From Nitrososphaeria archaeon (GTDB taxonomy: Archaea; Thermoproteota; Nitrososphaeria; JACIWG01): DNA of 64,000 bases. The translations under genes were made by a program, and so were the position numbers. How positions within the stretch are numbered: position 1 is the stretch's first letter; each line of letters begins with the position of its first letter. Below, one piece after another: positions 23,483 through 34,500 of this stretch. The notes below the pieces were generated by a model that did not search any database, was not told where the DNA came from, and saw nothing but the letters and a program-made list of their open reading frames with translations. Location: positions 50,911 to 114,910 of the forward strand of contig JARVJP010000009.1 of NCBI GenBank assembly GCA_029776065.1. The letters are read 5' to 3'.

Positions 23483-24160
23483 TCAACCTTTTTTCGATTC
23501 ATCTAAAACTGTAGATGATATCCAAGGCTTCCTAGTCTTCATAACACTCTTCCTTAAAGATACAATCTTCAAAACACTATATGCCGGAAGACAAGAGATC
23601 AATGTATGAATAAGGTTAAAAATCGCTGTGAAAACCATTATCATTATTATAGCATCCATGCTACTACTAAATTTTAAACCTAATGCAGCCTCTAAACTTG
23701 CAGAAGCAAAACCAAAAAAATCAGGCATTAAGATGAGTAGTAATAAGTAATTCGATACCGACATTAATATGATTCTAAGTATAGCAGCAAGAGTAAGACA
23801 CAACCCTAAAGTATAGACTAAAGATAATTTTACACCTAACTTCTTCATAATCCAAACACCCATCCAAAGACCAACAATCATACCTAATACAGACAGGAAC
23901 TTCATAGCTGGACCAAAAGGCTGAAATTCACCTATAAAGTTTAGTATAATCCAATATGAAAAAGAGGAAACAATGCCAGGAATTGGGCCGTATAAAAATG
24001 TTGCAACCATGACAGGGAGCTCAGCGAGCTCAAATCTCAGGTAAGGTAGTAAAGGAAAGCGAAGAGCTGGAACAAAAGTTAAAATTGCTGATAAAGCACC
24101 AAAAATAGCAGAAACAGATATGACTTGAAGATCGTTATGAAGGTGACTATTTGAGTTCAC
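23483..24160 (-). CDS. membrane protein, possible solitary ECF-transporter S component
   Basis: Six hydrophobic helices. The segment RFELAELPVMVATFLYGPIPG resembles the RibU-type S-component motif. Confidence 0.4.
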   Translation of the reverse strand: MNSNSHLHNDLQVISVSAIFGALSAILTFVPALRFPLLPYLRFELAELPVMVATFLYGPIPGIVSSFSYWIILNFIGEFQPFGPAMKFLSVLGMIVGLWMGVWIMKKLGVKLSLVYTLGLCLTLAAILRIILMSVSNYLLLLILMPDFFGFASASLEAALGLKFSSSMDAIIMIMVFTAIFNLIHTLISCLPAYSVLKIVSLRKSVMKTRKPWISSTVLDESKKG

Positions 24161-24251
24161 ACTCAGTGACCACTTCTAGATTCTTTATATAATTTTTGTA
24201 ATTACTAATTTTTTAGTAGTAGATTTAGAGGTAATAATATTAAAGCCCTAT

Positions 24252-25940
24252 TCAGCTGATTACTTCCATTTTCTTCTTCTTGCTTATAGAGATCACTATG
24301 ACACAGATTATTGTAACAAACGCTAGTCCACCTAAAACTGTGTAAGGCACCAATGTTGGAACAACCAAAGGACTAATCACCAGATCAACTGGTTTTACTT
24401 CGATCTTTGAACCACTTATATTCACTTTTGCAACAATGGTTTCAGGTTTGATTTGAGTGGCAACTACGCCGACAGAAGGATCATGTTCTAGGGTAGCGTT
24501 TCCAAAGTATGGATATAATAAAGAGGCCCTAACTTGTCTTCCCGCTGGCCAGAAGTATCCTCTGACACTTACTATTTGTGAAGTTCCATTAGGGTAGGTG
24601 ATTGTAGCATTTGGTAGAAATCTGAAGAACCCTCCAACAGTTTCATTCTTTCCCAATATTAAACCAGGTAGGCTCTTAGCAACACCTCTGATAGGCATAT
24701 TTCGCAATTCTAAATCTAAGTCTTCCCTTTTATCACCTAGTTTAATTTTAAGACCGTCACCTCCTGTAAAAATTTCTAGCTCCTCGGTTTCTTCAACTTC
24801 TTCGCTTTCTGAAACTGTTCTCAGAGTTTCAAGAAGTTTTACACCTCTATTTATTGCTGTAAAATGTATATTTATAGATAAAAATGGTTTAGGGGAAAAG
24901 ATAGAGCTCATATCAGTCTTCACGTACTGAGTATTCTCATTAAGAATCCCTAAGAGGGTTTCATAGTTCCAATCCCATCTTCTGAGTATAATATCACTCT
25001 TTAACTCAGCCCGTGTCAAGTTCATAGTGGTACCATTAACATTTTCTTCAACCGTCTTAAAGTATAGTCTATTTCTAATCTCTAAGTTATCCTCTAAGAA
25101 AACCCATTTTTTGTCAGGAACCTTGTCTAACCTCCAAGTGAATGCCACACCTATTAAATCACCGTTATTAGTTATGTTAATCGGATCTTCAAGCACCCAA
25201 ACCCCCTTGCTAAATGGAAAGTAGAACGGATGATTTGGTTTGAACCCTTTGATTTTGAAAATTTTTGTCTTTAAGATTTGTTCATTAGCTTTTTTTGTTA
25301 TATTACCACTAAAGTTCATTATCTGCATCATAATCTTACGAAGTTCAGCCATATTATTTGGTCTTACATTGCTTATGGCATTCTTGAACTCTATTATCTT
25401 GTTTTCTAATGTTTTTAAGTCATTCAATAGCTCGTATTTAACTTCTGAGTCTTGCCATAAACTTACTTCTTTAGATAAATTGCCAATGATTTGAGATACT
25501 AAGTCTAGGTCTGATTTCCGCATTTCTTTAGAGAGATCCTTAATCTTATTATTTAAATCACCTAAATTTTTTATAACTTTATCTTGTGAGTTTTCAATTA
25601 AACTAGTGTTTTCAAACAGCTTTAAAATTTGTTCAGTATAATTCTTACTGTCATCTAGCATTAAAATATGTTTAAACTGACCAGTTAGCCACGACTCAGC
25701 CATCCCTTCATATTTCATATGGTATATAGTGGAGTTATTTTCATCACTCCACCAAAAAAACATTGGTTTAGTACCATTAGAAGGTACAGCTATATTAAGC
25801 ACGCCATTATATATAACCTTAAAGCCAGCCTTTTCTTCCATCCTCATAGAGTTAGACTCTTCCAATGCAAATACAATAGATAATGGTGAAGAAGCTAATA
25901 GAATAATCATTATTATAGACCAGAACTTCTTCGACATCAT
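24252..25940 (-). CDS. secreted surface protein with a C-terminal membrane anchor
   Basis: Has an N-terminal signal-like helix, many N-x-S/T sequons, and a C-terminal TM helix followed by KKKK. Confidence 0.5.
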   Translation of the reverse strand: MMSKKFWSIIMIILLASSPLSIVFALEESNSMRMEEKAGFKVIYNGVLNIAVPSNGTKPMFFWWSDENNSTIYHMKYEGMAESWLTGQFKHILMLDDSKNYTEQILKLFENTSLIENSQDKVIKNLGDLNNKIKDLSKEMRKSDLDLVSQIIGNLSKEVSLWQDSEVKYELLNDLKTLENKIIEFKNAISNVRPNNMAELRKIMMQIMNFSGNITKKANEQILKTKIFKIKGFKPNHPFYFPFSKGVWVLEDPINITNNGDLIGVAFTWRLDKVPDKKWVFLEDNLEIRNRLYFKTVEENVNGTTMNLTRAELKSDIILRRWDWNYETLLGILNENTQYVKTDMSSIFSPKPFLSINIHFTAINRGVKLLETLRTVSESEEVEETEELEIFTGGDGLKIKLGDKREDLDLELRNMPIRGVAKSLPGLILGKNETVGGFFRFLPNATITYPNGTSQIVSVRGYFWPAGRQVRASLLYPYFGNATLEHDPSVGVVATQIKPETIVAKVNISGSKIEVKPVDLVISPLVVPTLVPYTVLGGLAFVTIICVIVISISKKKKMEVIS

Positions 25941-26073
25941 TGGCTCACATAGGATAATCAGATTTAAGTTACAATATATAATCCTATGCTTCTAGAAAAG
26001 TTCTAGAATACTCATCTAAAGTACTGTACGCGATAAAACTTATAAAAGCACGAATCAATGAGACATTTGATAA

Positions 26074-26616
26074 ATGATGAACTTTGATGAAGTAATCAAT
26101 AACAGAGAAAGCATAAGATTATTTGAAGACAGAGAAGTAGAAAACAGTATCCTTAGTAAAATAGTTGAGCATGCCTCGAGAGCGCCCTCACCGGCCAATC
26201 TACAGCCATGGCAGTTCTTAATAGTGAAAAATAAGGACTTAATAGGGAAAATAGTAGACACTACATACTCAGGGCTCATTAAAGATAGCTCTCCACAGTC
26301 ATGGGTAAAGACAGCCCCTGCCCTTATCATAGTCTACTTTACACCACGATATCTTGTAGCTAGAGTTGGTGAAGATGGAAGAGATCAAGGGCTATTATGC
26401 ACGGGAGCGGCGGTAGAAAATCTTCTATTATCAGCAGTAAATTATGGGTTAGGTGCCTGTTGGGTCGGCAACTTTAGAAAAGAAGAGCTTAAGAAGGCCG
26501 TTAACCTTCATAGGGATGAAGAAGTTGTAGCAATAATTCCAATAGGATATCCAAAGGAACATCATAATTCACCACCTAAACTTCCATTAGAGGAACTCAT
26601 GACCGTGATAGAATGA
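26074..26616 (+). CDS. nitroreductase-family protein
   Basis: RESIRLFEDREV, SRAPSPANLQPWQFLIV and GACWVG blocks. Confidence 0.85.
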   Translation: MMNFDEVINNRESIRLFEDREVENSILSKIVEHASRAPSPANLQPWQFLIVKNKDLIGKIVDTTYSGLIKDSSPQSWVKTAPALIIVYFTPRYLVARVGEDGRDQGLLCTGAAVENLLLSAVNYGLGACWVGNFRKEELKKAVNLHRDEEVVAIIPIGYPKEHHNSPPKLPLEELMTVIE

Positions 26617-26668
26617 GAAGAAAATCTGAACATAAACCAAAGAGTCATTAAAGTAATGTTTACAGATT

Positions 26669-28015
26669 CTATAATTTTCTTAGAGTCTTTAAAAGACATT
26701 TTTGGATTCCACTACTATATTGCATCGCCTTCTTAGGATAGCAAAATACGTCTTTTGGTAAACCAAGGCTTTCTGCGACTGCCCTTAGAACAACCTTTCT
26801 ATTACCACCTGCTTTTTCTACTTTAAACCGTAAAGGTATTAAGGAAGAAACTTCTGCTATTTTCCGATTCAAATACGGCATTATTGGATCAGCAAACATG
26901 GAAATAGAAGTTTCGTCGCGCGATATCACCCTTGAGTGCAGGTCATAGAAATCCTTCCTAAGTGCATTATCGAGGGCCGATTCGCCTTTGTTAATCACAT
27001 CAACATATCTTCTGTACCCTCCAAATAATTCATCAGCACCTTGTCCTACAATCAAACCACCTAGACCTAATCGAGAAGCTTCTTCAGCAACCAAATTAAA
27101 TAAAATAGCAATCGACATGTTTATTATATTTTCTTTCTCAAAGATCGTCTTTAAAAAAGTAAACTTCTTTGCCAAAACATTCTCATCAATATCTAAAACA
27201 ACATGCTCTAAAGAAAACAACATTGAAACATCTTTTGAGCGAATTAAATCATGTGACGGCCCTACAGAAGCTGTAATCAAAGTTGGATTAGAATATTTCA
27301 TAGCAAGTTTAGCTAGAATAGCTGAATCTAGCCCCCCAGAAAAAGATAAGGCTACATCTTTTACACCTTCAAGATTCTTTCTAATAGAATATTCCGAAGC
27401 AGATTTAACAGCGTCAACAGCTTGGTCCAATTTCGAGAAACTTTCGCTCCTTGGAGGTGAATAGTAGCTTTGAACAAGCAGTTTTTTTGTATCATCTGAT
27501 CTAAAATAAAGGAAGGAACCGGACGGAATATAACTATGTTGAACGCCTATAAAGTTCAATACGTAAGGGTCGCTGGATAATAGAAAATTTTTGCTGGTTT
27601 TTGCAAAGAATAATGGTTTGGATGATATAGGTGAACGAAGAGCAAAAATATGGTCATCAGAAAAAAAGGTGACTGAGAAATCGCCATCTATATCAACCGA
27701 TGCGCTTCTTTCTTCTTTTTCAGTAACAAGCTTCTTCATCTTTAAAATTTTATGATAGTTTTTTTCAAAGTCAAATATTCGTCCATGCAATACTGAGGTA
27801 GAATCGTTGGTGTTTTGAAGAGGAAAAAAACACAGAATCTTCGATGCAGCTTTACCGCTTAATCTATCTGTAAATGTGGAACCTTCGAAGAAACGAACAT
27901 TTAATCTTTTTCTGTAGCTCAGGAAGTTGGCCGATCTTTCTGCTATTTTGGAAACACTTTCCGTACCACAAACGATAAAATATCCATTAGTTCTAGCTAG
28001 TGATCTACTTTCCAA
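26669..28015 (-). CDS. asparagine synthase (AsnB)-like ATP pyrophosphatase domain protein
   Basis: PP-loop SFSGGLDSAILA and GQGADELFGGY. There is no N-terminal Met-Cys nucleophile. Confidence 0.7.
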   Translation of the reverse strand: MESRSLARTNGYFIVCGTESVSKIAERSANFLSYRKRLNVRFFEGSTFTDRLSGKAASKILCFFPLQNTNDSTSVLHGRIFDFEKNYHKILKMKKLVTEKEERSASVDIDGDFSVTFFSDDHIFALRSPISSKPLFFAKTSKNFLLSSDPYVLNFIGVQHSYIPSGSFLYFRSDDTKKLLVQSYYSPPRSESFSKLDQAVDAVKSASEYSIRKNLEGVKDVALSFSGGLDSAILAKLAMKYSNPTLITASVGPSHDLIRSKDVSMLFSLEHVVLDIDENVLAKKFTFLKTIFEKENIINMSIAILFNLVAEEASRLGLGGLIVGQGADELFGGYRRYVDVINKGESALDNALRKDFYDLHSRVISRDETSISMFADPIMPYLNRKIAEVSSLIPLRFKVEKAGGNRKVVLRAVAESLGLPKDVFCYPKKAMQYSSGIQKCLLKTLRKL

Positions 28016-29369
28016 CTTCCTTCTTTATCCTTTCTAAAGTTCTCTCAACTATTTCCTTTGAACCGTCTAAATATTTCTTAGGGGTAAATATATCGTTAAG
28101 CTCATTTTCTGTAATAAGCCTAGCAACTTTAGTATCCTTTAAAAGCTCTTCTTTAAAATATGTACCATTCTGATGCACCTTAGAGGCGACTTCTCTTAAA
28201 ATCTTGTGAGCCTCAGATCTTGACACGCCCTTCTTTAATAGTACATCTAGTACGAATTCAGAGTATATTAATCCTCTTGTTCGCTCCATATTAATTTTTA
28301 TAAAATCTTCTTTTACTAACAAGGAGGAAAGGATATCGCATAAGGTACTAATCATCTCATCCAGAAGAATAGCTGATATTGATATTATAAATCGCTCATT
28401 TGCAGAGTTTGTAAGGTCACGCTCATGCCATAAGGGAATATTCTCCAATGCTACAAGCGGCATAGCGCGAACTAAACGAGCCAGACTTGTAACCTTCTCA
28501 TTTTTTATCGGATTTCTTTTAGAAGGGACAGCAGAGCTGCCTATTTGGTTTTTCAAAAATTCTTCTTCAACTTCACTAATTTCAGTTCTTGAAAGGTTTC
28601 TGAATTCTGTTGAAACTTTATCACAGGTAGATGCTACAAGCGCACACCACCAAACAAACTCTGCGTAATTTTCCCTTGATACTATTTGTGTGGCGGATCT
28701 AACAGGATACAGCCCAAGACTTGATGCTGTCTCTTTCATAACATCTAAAGCAGCTCGACCCATAACAGACCCACTTCCAACTACTCCTAGAGTTTTACAT
28801 GCAAGCACCCTGGGTTTAATTTCTTGGAGGCGATTTAAGTGATCAAGAAAATCATTAGCCCAGACAGCAAACTTCTGACCAAAAGAGATTATTGAAGCAT
28901 GTTGTCCGTGCGTTCTTCCTACAGATGGAACGCTAGAATACTTCTCAGCATATTTACCTAGTAATAATATCAAATTTTTTATTTTTGCTTGTATGATTAA
29001 TACATATTCTTTTAGTTGCAAAGACAACGCTGTATCCAAAATATCATTACTTGTAAGACCGTAATGAACCCATGGCTTAGCATCTTCAGAGACAACTGAG
29101 ACTAGTGCTTCAACCAGTGATGCGGTCTCATGTTTCGTAGATTGTTCGATCTTTTTCCATGTGCCATATGATACATACTCCAAGGTTGATTTTAAGCTAA
29201 TTTCCTTTGCCGCATTAGATGGAATTAATTTCGATGAGGCTTGGGCTTTAGCTATAGCTGATTCAACCATTAACATATACTTAAGCTTAGATTCTTCTGT
29301 AAATATCTTCTTTACTTCTGGAGAACCATATCTACCAGAATCTATTGGAAGTACAGATGAACTACACAT
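28005..29369 (-). CDS. purB: adenylosuccinate lyase
   Basis: 454 aa with fumarase/lyase family blocks (GLTSNDILDTA, GSSAVPSKRNP). Confidence 0.9.
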   Translation of the reverse strand: MCSSSVLPIDSGRYGSPEVKKIFTEESKLKYMLMVESAIAKAQASSKLIPSNAAKEISLKSTLEYVSYGTWKKIEQSTKHETASLVEALVSVVSEDAKPWVHYGLTSNDILDTALSLQLKEYVLIIQAKIKNLILLLGKYAEKYSSVPSVGRTHGQHASIISFGQKFAVWANDFLDHLNRLQEIKPRVLACKTLGVVGSGSVMGRAALDVMKETASSLGLYPVRSATQIVSRENYAEFVWWCALVASTCDKVSTEFRNLSRTEISEVEEEFLKNQIGSSAVPSKRNPIKNEKVTSLARLVRAMPLVALENIPLWHERDLTNSANERFIISISAILLDEMISTLCDILSSLLVKEDFIKINMERTRGLIYSEFVLDVLLKKGVSRSEAHKILREVASKVHQNGTYFKEELLKDTKVARLITENELNDIFTPKKYLDGSKEIVERTLERIKKEVGK

Positions 29370-29403
29370 ATATTGAATACCACATAAAGTTAGGTTTTAA
29401 ATC

Positions 29404-31581
29404 TTATGGACTAGCATGGGAAGAACTAACTTGTTCCTTTATTTTCTTTGCAATAGAGGGCCCAAACTTGGATATTTTAGCTATATCGGACTCCTTTGCT
29501 TTTCTAATGTCGTCTAGAGTACGTAATTGGTTAGAATAAAGGAGACGGGCTCTAACTCGACCAACTCCTACAAGTTGAGTCAGTTCGAGTAGTTCTCTCT
29601 TAACGCCATACTTTATCCTTTCTTCAAGAGAGGATGAAACTGTCTGCAAGTTTTTTTCACCGAAGAGTAACGCTATCCTGGAGAAAGCGTGCGCCAACCA
29701 TTCTGCAGCTTCAACTTGGCGATACAAATCACCTGGTTCTATAGAGTACTTTTCATATATTTCATTTTCTGATTTTTCATTAATCCAATCTTTCAGTGCA
29801 AGAAAACTTCTACCAACATCATTAAATTTCGTTTCAATAGTGATCATTCCTAAGTGAGGCTTGTGTGAAGATTCGATATGATAGTTCACTATTTCATTAC
29901 ATGCCTCAATATCAACTTTTCTTAATGGAAACTGCGGTTGAAAGTCGTCAGTTAGAACCACTGATAATAAAACAAAGTCTTCGTCGTCTAATAACTTAAC
30001 TTTCTGAGCACGATAATAATCAATCATTGTTTTATAATGTATTCCTGTAGAAGTGGATATGTAAAGAAAAGATATGTTCTTACCAAACTCTGTAGCAATG
30101 AATCGCCCATACTCTTCTTCTATCAAACCATTTATCTTCAAGTAGGCTAAGTTTGACTTGATCTTCGAATAAACAAACTGTGGCCTTCTTTGAAAACCCA
30201 AAAACGTATTAGAAAAAAAATTATTTAATTCTTTTTCTGTAATCGCAGGGAAGCTGACGATCATTGCCAATATATGGTTTCTGAGAATTTGATTATCAAT
30301 TAACTTCGAATATAATGGTTCAGGGGAACCTTTGACATAACGCTCAAAAAAGGAGTCTGGGCCTTCAGATCTTAGTATTGATATGACGAATCCGATGTCG
30401 TCGTATTTCGGTCTACCAGCCCTTCCACAAAACTGTTTGTAATCTAAAATACTGATTTCTTCACTTTGTCCCCATCTACTATTAAATCGTGAAAGACTAT
30501 TGATGATTACAGTTCGAGCAGGAAGGTTGACGCCAGCAGCTAAGGTAGGTGTTGCGCAAAGTATTTTGATAAGTCCTTCTTTAAAGGAGTCCTCGATAAG
30601 CCTTCTATGTGATGGAGGAAGACCTGCATGGTGGAAAGCAGAGCCCTTTATAACGCAGTTAGCTAGCTTTTTCCCAACTTCAGTGAATTCATCGGATGAG
30701 ATTATTTTTTCATAAATTAATTGGAGTCTTTGACTTTCTTCTGAGCTTAAAAAGTTAGGTGTTATTATAGTGGCCTTCTCTGCTAATGATACAGAGTTTC
30801 TTCGATTTTCTGTGAATATTAGGACCTGCCCACCTTGTTTTAACATTGAGAATGCGCAGTCAATTGCTGGACCGTAATTGCTTTGGAATGTTGGTATTTT
30901 CTGGCCATTGAAGAAGATTATCTGCCCTGATGAATAACATCCTTCTATTAACTTTACAGGACGCCATTTACTATTTACAACTTCTGCTTTAAGCCAAGAC
31001 GATACATCGTAATAGTTTGATACAGTAGCACTTAAGGCTATAATCTGAACCTTTGAAGTTGAAGAGAGAAAGCGTGATACCAACATTTCTACAACTGGGC
31101 CTCTATCGCCTTCGTTTAGAAGGTGAATTTCGTCAAAAACTACAAGCCCTATCTTTTCAATCCAACTCGGGTCTAGCCTAAGCATTGAGTCGAACTTTTC
31201 GTTGGTTAAAACAAGAAGGTCTTTGTTCTTTAGAAAGTCGCTTCTCTGATCAAAGTCTCCTGTAGATATTGCTATTGTAGGTCTAGTGCCATCAGATTTG
31301 ACGAGATTAGTAAGAGGTTTGAATTCTTCATATTTTTCACTTGCCAAAGCTCTCAATGGTGTCAGGTAGATTACTCTTTTCCCTTCAAGTATTGCTTTGG
31401 CAGCACAGATCATGGCGATAAATGTCTTCCCACTAGCAGTTGGGGTGGCGATCAACATGTTCTTTCCTTCTAAAACGCCTTTTTTAATGGCATCTTCTTG
31501 GGGGGGATAGAGAGTCTGATATCCGAGACCATTTAGAAGGTTCTTAATCTGATCATGCAGAGGCAACTCATGAACATACAT
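29404..31581 (-). CDS. hel308: Hel308/Hjm (Ski2-like) DNA helicase
   Basis: ATPTASGKT, DEIH, SAT, HHAGL and QFCGRAGR motifs. 725 aa. Confidence 0.9.
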   Translation of the reverse strand: MYVHELPLHDQIKNLLNGLGYQTLYPPQEDAIKKGVLEGKNMLIATPTASGKTFIAMICAAKAILEGKRVIYLTPLRALASEKYEEFKPLTNLVKSDGTRPTIAISTGDFDQRSDFLKNKDLLVLTNEKFDSMLRLDPSWIEKIGLVVFDEIHLLNEGDRGPVVEMLVSRFLSSTSKVQIIALSATVSNYYDVSSWLKAEVVNSKWRPVKLIEGCYSSGQIIFFNGQKIPTFQSNYGPAIDCAFSMLKQGGQVLIFTENRRNSVSLAEKATIITPNFLSSEESQRLQLIYEKIISSDEFTEVGKKLANCVIKGSAFHHAGLPPSHRRLIEDSFKEGLIKILCATPTLAAGVNLPARTVIINSLSRFNSRWGQSEEISILDYKQFCGRAGRPKYDDIGFVISILRSEGPDSFFERYVKGSPEPLYSKLIDNQILRNHILAMIVSFPAITEKELNNFFSNTFLGFQRRPQFVYSKIKSNLAYLKINGLIEEEYGRFIATEFGKNISFLYISTSTGIHYKTMIDYYRAQKVKLLDDEDFVLLSVVLTDDFQPQFPLRKVDIEACNEIVNYHIESSHKPHLGMITIETKFNDVGRSFLALKDWINEKSENEIYEKYSIEPGDLYRQVEAAEWLAHAFSRIALLFGEKNLQTVSSSLEERIKYGVKRELLELTQLVGVGRVRARLLYSNQLRTLDDIRKAKESDIAKISKFGPSIAKKIKEQVSSSHASP

Positions 31582-31583
31582 AT

Positions 31584-34500
31584 CTATGCCCTTCTATAGT
31601 AACCAGGCTTTACCATATAGAATACTCCTTTTTGTTCAAGCTGTGAGAAATATATCTTGGCTTCAACTTCATTAAATTTTCCAGTTTCAACAATACTTTT
31701 TATCAAAGTGTTCAACTCGACGGGTTCATTTGTTGGGCCAGCAAGTTCTTTATATTTCTGAAACACAATTTCTAACTTACTCCTCTCACTCGCTGTAACG
31801 CCTGTTATAGTTCCCATGTCGATCTTCCCTGTCTTCTTATCAATTGCAACTGTGTAAAGCATATTTTTTGTTAAAGTAATGGCTTCTGCCGCATCTTCTT
31901 TTGTAACTTCATTTCTAAGTAAGAGTCTAGCTCGTGCTATAGCGAGTCTAATCAAAGATTCAAGCTGTCTTGGAGTTACAGGTATTGCTTGGCTTTCTAC
32001 CTGACTACGCATTTCAAGATAAAAATCGATGAGCATCCTTTCAGCTTCTGGAGTAATAACTGGTTGAATATTTTTGCAGTAGAGAAGGTATTTTCTTAGA
32101 AATTCTATATTTAGAGGGGGTTTTTGAACGAATGTTCGAGAACGACGTATAGCCATTATATGTGAAGCTATCTGTTCATCGACAGCTCTCTCTGGAACAT
32201 CCCGTATCACAAAGATTAAGTCAAATCGGGTCAGCAATGGTGAAGGCAGATTAATGTTCTCAGCCAAGTTCTTATAAGGATCATACTTTCCAAGTAAAGG
32301 GTTTGCAGCAGACAATATAGATGTTCTAGCGTTTAGAGTTACCACAACCCCACCCTTTGCAACGGAAACCGTTTGTTGCTCCATAGCTTCATGAAGGGCT
32401 TGTCGATCCGTGCTACTCATTTTATCAAATTCGTCTATTGCACAAATTCCTTGATCTGCCAAAACAACAGCACCAGCCTCGAGCATCAACATACCACTTT
32501 TTTCTCTAACCATGGCGGCGGTAAGACCTGCAGCAGTTGATCCTTTTCCTGATGTATAAAGACCTCTTGGAGCAAGTCTAGCGGAATACTTTAAAAGTTC
32601 GCTTTTTGCAGTATTGTGCGATATAATTCCATTTGCTATAAACCTATGCTTACCAGGTACCTCTATGTCGTATACATCAGCAATTTCTCCTGCCTTGAGA
32701 ACTTTGACAACTTTCTCAGTTCTTTGTTTACGAAAGCGTTGGAGCTTTGGAGAATGCGAAGCCAACTGAATAATTGCATCTTTCTTTTTTCTCGAAACAA
32801 AATCTATATAGCGACCAAATCTGGCAATGTCCTCTTTTTGGTTAATGATTAAAGTATTTCTCACAATCTTTGAATAGATAGCGAAGCGAAGCAGAAGAAT
32901 TTGAACATCCCGCAATAGCTCAATATTTTTAGCCTTAAAGCAGATTGCACCATTGCTTCTTCCTTTTTTCAATATTATTCCATTTGATTCGTATAACCAT
33001 TTAAGGAAAAAGGCTACAACTTTGTTACCCGATGAAAGGATAAGTTCGGGAACTCTTTTTTCCCTTAGGAATTTAAGATTATAATTTGCATCCCTGCTAT
33101 AGTAGTAAACATAATGCACAGGCGCCTTTCTGCGTCGCCCTATTTGTGTCTTAATATGAGATCTTAATCCAAACAAGTTTTCCACCATACAACAAAGTTT
33201 TTGAAGAATTTCCTTCTCTGACCTAGTAACAGTGAACCCAAATCGATAGCCATCACTACTTACCCATCCACTTCCTAACATATACCCCAAAAATGAGGCA
33301 AGCTCAGGAGTGAGCAGTTTTGGAAACTTTCCTTTGAACTTTGGCCCGAACCGGTGTCTTTCTAACGGCTTGAACGTTGTAGGTAAATATTTTGTTATGG
33401 TACAAGGGATGCTTGTTACGACTACAAGTCTATCTCCGACCTTGATTTCGTCAAGCCTCTTCCATTCTTGAACTATCTTTCCCCCATCAAATCTTTGTGT
33501 TAGAAGCGGATGATTGAAGGTGCCTTTGATGCTCTTCCCAGACTCTGTTATTACTTCCATTACTGGTTGGCTGCGATAAACATGGTAAGTTGTCGCTGTA
33601 GCCTTCTTATCTCTTTCTTCCCCGGTAAGGACCTGAACTGACAGCCGTTGTAGATGGTTTTCCCCTATCCGTCCTATCTTTACTATTGAACCATTTCCAA
33701 GAATAACTCTCTCATCAAAAACGAGGCAGCCTGGATCCCCTATTAAGAGTATGTTTATGTCGCCCCTGAGTGTAGTACCATCAGGGAGGGTTGTCTGAGG
33801 GGCACCAACAATTAAAAGCAATATGGCTTCCTTTAGAAGGTCATGACCATATATTGATGGAGAAAACGAATTTATGAGCATCTTTATCCAATCAGGACGT
33901 TTAGCTAATTCTTTGAATTTGATTTCATCAGATTTGTCTATAACAATATCTTCTGGAGCTTTACCTAGGACCTCCACATAATTTCCTTCAAGTATAGCGT
34001 TAAAGGTTCTTAAACGACTTCCCCGTGAACTATATTCTTCTTCTGCTTTCAGAGTGCCTGTAACCGTTACTCTATCACCAGGACGTGCCATATCAACTAT
34101 GTCGCCATAAAGTCTAATGTCTAATTGGCGTGGAAGTTGCCCAGGAGGTAATTCTTCAGGTAATTCTTGTATACGCAAAACTTGGAAGTTTATGTAGATG
34201 CTCTTTAGGCTATCAAAGGTAAAGAACTCTGTTTCATCGCATTCATTACATTTTTCTGGCTTTTTAATTATGCGTTCATCTTTTTGAACAACATAGTTTA
34301 CATGGCCTTTGGAACATTTCCAAGCCGCTTCAATTAGGAAAGGTTTGACTTCTGATACACGTACAACTACACCTGTGACAGCTACAAACTTAGATAGAAA
34401 GTTTACATCCAGTTTTCTAAGGGAACACTTCTCAGGGAGATTTCTTAACCTAACAAGAAAGTATTTTTCAACTTTCTTTGCATATTCAGGATCCTCTTCC

